Source: Guillardia theta CCMP2712
Taxonomy: Eukaryota > Protista > Cryptophyta
Assembly (NCBI RefSeq): GCF_000315625.1
Contig: NW_005434499.1
Location: forward strand, 58,419-101,269
Direction: 5' to 3'
Length of the DNA: 42,851 nt
The notes beneath the pieces were generated by a model. That model saw nothing but the letters and a program-made list of their open reading frames with translations, made no database searches and was not told the DNA's origin. The position numbers were made by a program, and so were the translations under genes. This document shows positions 35,108 to 42,851 of this stretch, one piece after another (the first letter of the stretch is position 1; every line of letters starts with the position of its first letter).

Positions 35108-38100
35108 CAATGACTCTATGACTGTATGAATCAAGTCATTGAGTCATAGAGTCATTGAGTCATAGAGTCATAGAGTCATAGAGTCATAGAGTCATTCAGT
35201 CATAGAGTCATTCAGTCATACAGTCATGGAGTCATAGAGTCATAGAGTCATTGATTCATTGAGTCATAGAGTCATAGAGTCATAGAGTCATAGAGTCATA
35301 GAGTCATAGACTGATTGAGTCATAGAGTCATTGAGTCATTCAGTCATAGAGTCATTGAGTCATTGAGTCATTCAGTCAAAGAGTCATGGAGTCATAGAGT
35401 CATTCAGTCATTGAGTCATAGAGTCATGGAGTCATGGAGTCATTGAGTCATAGAGTCATGGAGTCATTCAGTCATAGAGTCATAGAGTCATTGAGTCATT
35501 CAGTCATGGAGTCATTGAATCATGGAGTCATTCAGTCATTGAGTCATTCAGTCATTCAGTCATAGAGTCATAGAGTCATTGAGTCATGGAGTCATTCAGT
35601 CATTGAGTCATTGAGTCATAGAGTCATAGAGTCATGGAGTCATTCAGTCATAGAGTCATAGAGTCATAGAGTCATTGAGTCATAGAGTCATTGAGTCATA
35701 GAGTCATAGAGTCATAGAGTCATAGAGTCATTCAGTCATAGAGTCATTGAGTCATAGAGTCATAGAGTCATAGAGTCATGGAGTCATAGAGTCATGGAGT
35801 CATTCAGTCATGGAGTCATTGAGTCATAGAGTCATGGAGTCATTCAGTCATAGAGTCATAGAGTCGTAGAGTCATTGAGTCATAGAGTCATGGAGTCATT
35901 CAGTCATTCAGTCATTGAGTCATAGAGTCATAGAGTCATAGAGTCATTCAGTCATAGAGTCATAGAGTCATTGAGTCATTCAGTCATAGAGTCATAGAGT
36001 CATAGAGTCATAGAGTCATTGAGTCATTCAGTCATAGAGTCATAGAGTCATTCAGTCATAGAGTCATAGAGTCATAGAGTCATAGAGTCATAGAGTCAGT
36101 GAGTCAGAGTCATGGAGTCATAGAGTCATTCAGTCATAGAGTCAGAGTCATAGAGTCATTCAGTCATAGAGTCGTAGAGTCATAGAGTCATAGAGTCATA
36201 GAGTCATGGAGTCATTGAGTCATAGAGTCATTCAGTCATAGAGTCATAGAGTCATGGAGTCATAGAGTCATGGAGTTCATTAGAAGTGCATAGAGTCAAT
36301 TGAGTCATTGAGGTCATCGGAGTCATTCAGTTCAATTGGAGGTCAATTGAGTCATCGTAGAAGTCAATAGAGTCCATAGAGTCATCAAAGTCATAGAGTC
36401 ATTGAGTCATTGAGTCATAGAGTCATAGAGTCATTCAGTCATGGAGTCATGGAGTCATAGAGTCATTGAGTCATGGAGTCATAGAGTCATGGAGTCATAG
36501 AGTCATTGAGTGACATAGAGTCATAGAGTCATAGAGTCATTGAGTCATAGAGTCATAGAGTCATAGAGTCATAGAGTCATAGAGTCATTCAGTCATAGAG
36601 TCATGCAGTCATTGTAGAGTCATTGAGTCATAGAGTCATGGAGTCATAGAGTCATAGAGTCATTGAGTCATAGAGTCATAGAGTCATAGAGTCATAGAGT
36701 CATTCAGTCAAGTTCAAGATCATGGAGTCATACAGTCATGGAGTCATGGAGTCATAGAGTCATAGAGTCATAGAGTCATAGAGTCATAGAGTCATAGAGT
36801 CATAGAGTCATAGAGTCATAGAGTCATCGAGTCATAGAGTCATAGAGTCATAGAGTCATAGAGTCATAGAGTCATAGAGTCATAGAGTCATAGAGTCATA
36901 GAGTCATAGAGTCATTGAGTCATAGAGTCATAGAGTCATGGAGTCATTGAGTCATAGAGTCATTCAGTCATAGACTGATTGAGTCATTCAGTCATAGAGT
37001 CATAGAGTCATAGAGTCATAGAGTCATGGAGTCATTCAGTCATTCAGTCATTGAGTCATTCAGTCATAGAGTCATAGAGTCATTCAGTCATAGAGTCATT
37101 GAGTCATAGAGTCATAGAGTCATAGAGTCATAGAGTCATAGTCTCGGAGTCATTGAGTCATTCAGTCATATAGTCATTGAAATACAGTCATTCAGTCATA
37201 GAGTCGTACACTCATTCAGTCATAGAGTCATGGAGTCATGGAGTCATAGAGTCATAGAGTCATTCAGTCATAGAGTCATTGAGTCATATAGTCATAGAGT
37301 CATAGAGTCATTGAGTCATTCAGTCATAGAGTCATGGAGTCATAGAGTCATAGAGTCATTGAGTCATTCAGTCATTGAGTCATAGAGTCATTGAGTCATA
37401 GAGTCATTGAGTCATTCAGTCATAGAGTCATGGAGTCATTGTAGAGTCATTGAGTCATAGAGTCATGGAGTCATAGAGTCATAGAGTCATTGAGTCATAG
37501 AGTCATAGAGTCATAGAGTCATAGAGTCATAGAGTCATTGAGTCATTCAGTCATGGAGTCATAGAGTCATAGAGTCATGGAGTCATTGAGTCATAGAGTC
37601 ATAGAGTCATAGAGTCATAGAGTCATTCAGTCATAGAGTCATTCAGTCATAGAGTCATTGAGTCATAGAGTCATAGAGTCATAGAGTCATACAGTCATTC
37701 AGTCATAGAGTCATAGAGTCATTGAGTCATAGAGTCATGGAGTCATAGAGTCATAGAGTCATAGAGTCACTGAGTCATTCAGTCATAGAGTCATAGAGTC
37801 ATAGAGTCATAGAGTCATGGAGTCATTGTAGAGTCATAGAGTCATAGAGTCATGGAGTCATTCAGTCATAGAGTCATAGAGTCATAGATTCATAGAGTCA
37901 TAGAGTCATGGAGTCATTCAGTCATAGAGTCATAGAGTCATTGTAGAGTCATAGAGTCATAGAGTCATGGAGTCATTCAGTCATAGAGTCATAGAGTCAT
38001 AGAGTCATAGAGGCATTCAGTCATAGAGTCATAGAGTCATTCAGTCATAGAGTCATAGAGTCATAGAGTCATGGAGTCATAGAGTCATTGAGTCATTCAG

Positions 38101-39015
38101 TCATAGAGTCATGGAGTCATAGAGTCATAGAGTCATTGAGTCATTCAGTCATTGAGTCATAGAGTCATAGAGTCGTAGAGTCATAGAGTGACATAGAGTC
38201 ATAGAGTCATAGAGTCATTCAGTCATAGAGTCATAGAGTCATAGAGTCATAGAGTCATAGAGTCATTCAGTCATAGAGTCATGGAGTCATTGTAGAGTCA
38301 TTGAGTCATAGAGTCATGGAGTCATAGAGTCATAGAGTCATTGAGTCATAGAGTCATAGAGTCATAGAGTCATAGAGTCATTCAGTCATTCAGTCATGGA
38401 GTCACTCAGTCATGGAGTCATGGAGTCATAGAGTCATAGAGTCATAGAGTCATAGAGTCATAGAGTCATAGAGTCATTGAGTCATAGAGTCATAGAGTCA
38501 TTGAGTCATAGAGTCATAGAGTCATAGAGTCATAGAGTCATAGAGTCATAGAGTCATAGAGTCATTGAGTCATAGAGTCATTGAGTCATAGAGTCATAGA
38601 GTCATAGAGTCATTTAGTCATAGAGTCATGGAGTCATAGAGTCATGGAGTCATTGAGTCATAGAGTCATAGAGTCATAGAGTCATAGAGTCATAGAGTCA
38701 TTCAGTCATAGAGTCATAGAGTCATAGAGTCATTCAGTCATAGAGTCATAGAGTCATAGAGTCATAGAGTCATAGAGTCATGGAGTCATTGTAGAGTCAT
38801 TGAGTCATAGAGTCATGGAGTCATTGAGTCATTCAGTCATTCAGTCATTCAGTCATAGAGTCATTCAGTCATTGAGTCATTCAGTCATAGAGTCATAGAG
38901 TCATAGAGTCATTCAGTCATAGAGTCATTGAGTCATGGAGTCATTGTGTCATAGAGTCATAGAGTCATAGAGTCATTGAGTCATGGAATCATTGAGATAT
39001 TGAGTCATAGAGTCA
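35108..39015 (+). repeat. 8-bp satellite (GAGTCATA)n with GAGTCATT/GAGTCATG/CAGTCATA variants
   Basis: About 480 tandem units; the first ~25 bp are in reverse orientation. Confidence 0.98.
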
Positions 39016-39362
39016 CTGTGCGCATCGGACCGCATGCGCATTGGACCGCAACCTGATCGGCCTGACTTCATGCAGCAGCAAGGCCTACTGCACCGGGGTG
39101 ATGAGCTCCGCGACCAACAACCTCTTCAAGCGGGGGATGAGGAGCAACGACACCTGCACCCAGAGACAGGGCCTCTTCGGGGGAGGGGAGGGCACAACCA
39201 TGGGGGACCTCTGCTCCTGCCCCGCATACTCCGTTCCTTACACCGGCATGTTCAGGACCAACCCGAACAAGGTCGTGGAAGACCATGGACTGGCTCAAGA
39301 CCTACGACATCGACTCGACTGCACCTTTGCACCGCAGGACGCCGGCAGCTGCTAGGCCCCTA
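39016..39362 (+). pseudogene. Cys-rich coding relic embedded in the satellite
   Basis: Strong GC3 codon bias (TGC ACC, AAC AAC CTC TTC AAG...). The frame is disturbed by a 16-bp duplication (39019-39050) and a 5-bp TCGAC duplication (~39310-39319). Confidence 0.55.
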
Positions 39363-39590
39363 CTGAGTCACCATAATTCATTGAGTCATGGAGTCATAGA
39401 GTCATAGAGTCATAGAGTCATAGAGTCATAGAGTCATAGAGTCATAGAGTCATTGAGTCATTGAGTCATCGAGTCATAGAGTCATCGAGTCATCGAGTCA
39501 TCGAGTCATCGAGTCATTGCCTCAGGCCTTTGCCTCAGGCCTACCGAGTCACCGTAAGAGGCTCAGTCATTGAGTCATTGAGTCACAAGT
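39363..39590 (+). repeat. Continuation of the GAGTCAT satellite (with GAGTCATC variants)
   Basis: Direct inspection. Confidence 0.92.
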
Positions 39591-40249
39591 TGTCGGCGGA
39601 CTGGGCCCGGCGGGGCCCCGCCCTGCGGTCCGCGCTGGTTTCACGTGGACAATCACCGTACTGACAGGAAAGTAGGCCGAGAGACCATCCAGACTCGACT
39701 CAAGTTAATCAGTGGCCGGCGCCGCAGGCTTGGCGTCGGGCATCCGGCGTGATTGAAGGCTTTGGGCCCATGTTGAAATTATCTGGCTGCCAATACCTTG
39801 TTAGTGCCTAACAGAAATGACCGCCTCTCACCGCCCGGCGGGTGCGCCGCGGCCGGCGACCCAGTGATGGAATACGCTGGGCCCGAGTCTGAACGGGCGG
39901 CCCTCCGAACACCCCGTTTGTCATCGCCGGGTAGGAATCACGAATCATGAGTCGCGGGCTGCTCGAACTTGATTGCCGCGCGAGCTTCCGAGTTCCGGGG
40001 CGGCCCGGCCGGCGGTCCACACTCATGGTGGCTCAGAGGCCGGGGAGGGCCGCCGCTCCCAGTCGGAGCCCGGGCCGGCAGATCCAGGTCCAAGTATGCC
40101 ACGGTAGGCTCAGTCGCGGGCAATGACTTGCTGACTCTGTGGGTCAGGGCCGGGCCGCGCCCACCGTACCGTTGCACTGAGTTGCCGGGGTGACTCTGCG
40201 CGGCGGCCGGGCTGACCGTACCGGCGGCAGTAGGAACTTGAAGCAAGGA

Positions 40250-40442
40250 GCCCCCCGGGGACTCCGAGACGGACTAACGCATGGAAGAACGGCGGTTGGC
40301 TCCCAGGTACCAGCCTGATAAACTATGAGATTGAAATCTCATCCTCCTTTGACTACCCGGCCGGCCCGTCGCTGAGTCAGTGGGAGCGATATAGGTAGAC
40401 ATCGGTTGATACTTGATGATTTGCGGCTGAAAAGCTCATCTT
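40250..40442 (+). repeat. ~200-bp direct repeat, copy 2
   Basis: Matches 34684-34886 apart from small indels and a few substitutions. Confidence 0.93.
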
Positions 40443-40696
40443 ACTCTCCTTAGTAGAGGCCTTGAGGGGCGTGGGAGGTTAAGGGAGAAGGAGAGGACGA
40501 TGCAGCAGCTCTTGTTGGCTGCCTTGCGGTTCTTGTTAGCTGCCTCTCTCAATTTATCTTGATCCCCCATCCTCTACTCCCTCCCTCCCTCTCCCTCGGT
40601 TTCCCTGCCTCCCTCCCTCTCTCTGTATCTCTCTCTCTCTCTCTCTCTCTCGTCTCCTCCTTCTCCTTCTTCTTCTTCTTCTTCTCCTCTCTCTCG

Positions 40697-42376
40697 CTAC
40701 CGAACTTTGAGGATTCGGCTACCGAACTTCGAGAGCTTCCCTGGGTGAAGTTCGCCACCCAGCTCAAGCCTCAACACATGCCATTGGGACTCCGAGCACA
40801 ACTCGTTGCCTGTCTGGATCACCTCCGTCAGGAGCCGCAAGAATCCATGGCAACATACTGCAAGCGTACGAAGCTTCTCAAAGAACAACTAGATCTCATT
40901 CCCGGTGGTGCGGCATTCGCCACCGATGTGATCCTGCGTGAACGCTTTGCAACGGGCATCACTAACGTGACAACGAAGCTTCTCCTCAATGCATGGAGTG
41001 CTTCCCATCTGCAAACGACAGGTTCGGAGCCGACGTTTCCCCACCACTGCACGATGCCAGCTGAATGCTTTGACATTGCATGTGCTTGCGGGTAAGCCCA
41101 ATCGAGGTAAGGGAACCCCTGCTGTCACGGGAGTCCCGGGTCAGCCCCGTTCGGGGGGCAATCCGCAGCACACACCGGCCCCACGATACCAGCCCGGCCC
41201 TGGCACGGGCAGGGGTCGCTCAGCTACCGCTGCCGTGACGACTCGACAGGGTAAGCGTGCTGACGCTCAGTCTCGTCGACGCCACCACGTGCAGTTTGAT
41301 GGCGAAGCACACGACTTGCTGCAAATGAATACGCTGACAGTTCAGACCGCCTCGACGCTGACTCAGGCGGCAGACATCGACTCCAACCTGCTCTACCTGC
41401 CCATTCAAATTGAGTCGGACCGAGCAGAGCAACCCAGAGAAATCCTGGCGCTACTGGACACGGGGGCGCAGGCATCCATTCTCTCGCGTGCGATTGTAGA
41501 CGAACTCCGGTTATCTACGCACAAGATCGCCACCCCGGTGAAGGTACAGTCCGCCAAAGACGACAGATCGGTTATCAGGCACTGTCTTTAACCACCCTCT
41601 ATCCTCCCTCCCTCTCTTCTTCAATCTGTCTCCCTCCCTTCCTCCCTCCCCTTCTCTCTCTGTGTGTGTCTCTTGACAGTCTCCCCCCCTGCTGTCTGTC
41701 TTTTCCCAACTCCTCTCCCCTCCCTCCCTCCCTCTATCCTCCCTCCCTCTATCCTCCCTCCCTCTATCCTCCCTCCCTCTCTCTCTCCCTCTAGACGAAG
41801 CAGCACACACCGGCCCCACGATACCAGCCCGGCCCTGGCACGGGCAGGGGTCGCTCAGCTACCGCTGCCGTGACGACCGAAGCACACGACTTGCTGCAAA
41901 TGAATACGCTGACAGTTCAGACCGCCTCGACGCTGACTCAGGCGGCAGACATCGACTCCAACCTGCTCTACCTGCCCATTCAAATTGAGTCGGACCGAGC
42001 AGAGCAACCCAGAGAAATCCTGGCGCTACTGGACACGGGGGCGCAGGCATCCATTCTCTCGCGTGCGATTGTAGACGAACTCCGGTTATCTACGCACAAG
42101 ATCGCCACCCCGGTGAAGGTACAGTCCGCCAAAGACGACAGATCGGTTATAATTCGGGACGCATGTCACCTTGACTTCCGGATCACAGGCACTGACGTCA
42201 GGGCTCAGGAGGAGTTCCTCATCCTTGATGCACACGCGGCGTTAAAGATGCAGATCGACTTCTATGAACGACGGATTTCCATTCCCTCCTCGACCCACCC
42301 CGGACGTCGACAGCAGTTTCCTGTCGCTATGATGTTCCCGCGTGGTCTGTCACAGTGCCGACACGCTATGCCATGA
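40697..42376 (+). mobile_element. Degenerate LTR-type (probably Ty3/Gypsy-like) retrotransposon fragment: gag plus duplicated aspartyl protease
   Basis: Gag-like LRQEPQESMATYCKRTKLL..ILRERFATGI; retropepsin ILALLDTGAQASILSRAIVDELRL present twice (~41440 and ~42017). Frameshifted; no RT, RNase H or integrase seen. Confidence 0.8.
41586..41800. repeat. CT-rich module, copy 1
   Basis: Repeated at 42573-42772; both copies end CCCTCTAGACGAAG. Confidence 0.85.
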
Positions 42377-42389
42377 CATGCGACACGAT

Positions 42390-42466
42390 CTAGCAGGATC
42401 GAGGCCTCTGTCTCTGTCTCTACCCTCTTTAAACTCTCTCTATCCTCCCTCCCTCCTCCCTCTCTC

Positions 42467-42513
<47 letters not shown>

Positions 42514-42772
42514 GTCTCTCCCTTTGTCCCTCAATCCTCTCCTCTTGTCTACCTCCCTCTTTGCTCTACCCTCTTTAACCACCCTCTATCCTCCCTCCCT
42601 CTCTTCTTCAATCTGTCTCCCTCCCTTCCTCCCTCCCCTTCTCTCTCTGTGTGTGTCTCTTGACAGTCTCCCCCCCTGCTGTCTGTCTTTTCCCAACTCC
42701 TCTCCCCTCCCTCCCTCCCTCTATCCTCCCTCCCTCTATCCTCCCTCCCTCTCTCTCTCCCTCTAGACGAAG
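42390..42772. repeat. CT-rich module with (CTGT)n, longer copy 2
   Basis: Direct inspection. Confidence 0.85.
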
Positions 42773-42818
42773 TAACGCGGGTGTCCTAAGGTGAGCTCAA
42801 TGAGAACAGAAATCTCAT
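42773..42818 (+). rRNA. 46-nt fragment of eukaryotic LSU (28S) rRNA; not a functional gene
   Basis: TAACGCGGGTGTCCTAAGGTGAGCTCAATGAGAACAGAAATCTCAT matches the recalled conserved 28S segment TAACGCAGGTGTCCTAAG.TGAGCTCAA.GAGAACAGAAATCTC. The flanks are not rRNA-like. Confidence 0.75.
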
Positions 42819-42851
42819 ACTATGGTCAGCTGACACGTACCAATGGGGATG

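Noticed and set aside
36270-36390. Distinct sequence inside the satellite
   Set aside because: It is the same repeat with scattered single-base insertions, typical of unpolished long-read error or local decay.
35134-39015. Telomeric repeat
   Set aside because: No G-rich strand and an internal position; unlike TTTAGGG-type repeats.
35134-39590. CRISPR array or protein-coding repeat
   Set aside because: 8-bp units with no spacers and no cas genes; TAG/TGA stops recur in all frames on both strands.
1-42851. tRNA genes, complete transposases, RT, Fanzor/TnpB or viral hallmark genes
   Set aside because: No cloverleaf around the GTTCG sites I inspected, and no such catalytic motifs in the ORF track.

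Overview
Eukaryotic nuclear DNA, most likely from a cryptophyte-type alga with a complex red plastid. This is inferred from bipartite signal+transit presequences with an AxA-F motif, short GT-AG/GC-AG introns and GA/CT microsatellite-rich introns. Bases 1-34.2 kb are gene-dense: a plastid-targeted Mg-chelatase ChlD that stops after its AAA+ half, an ankyrin protein, several hypothetical genes, and a probable F-box gene. They also hold a probably plastid-targeted protein with two RbcX-like repeats head-to-head with a DusA-type tRNA-dihydrouridine synthase, a large SAM-PH-C2-PH-C2 protein head-to-head with a HECTD1-like discoidin/He_PIG/MIB-HERC2/EF-hand protein, and a LIM protein. Bases 34.2-42.85 kb are gene-poor. 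A ~4.4 kb 8-bp (GAGTCATA)n satellite shows higher-order structure and an embedded coding relic, and is bracketed by two copies of a ~200 bp potentially structured repeat. It is followed by a decayed, internally duplicated gag-protease retroelement and a 46-nt LSU rRNA fragment. Exon boundaries and domain calls were read by eye without database searches.
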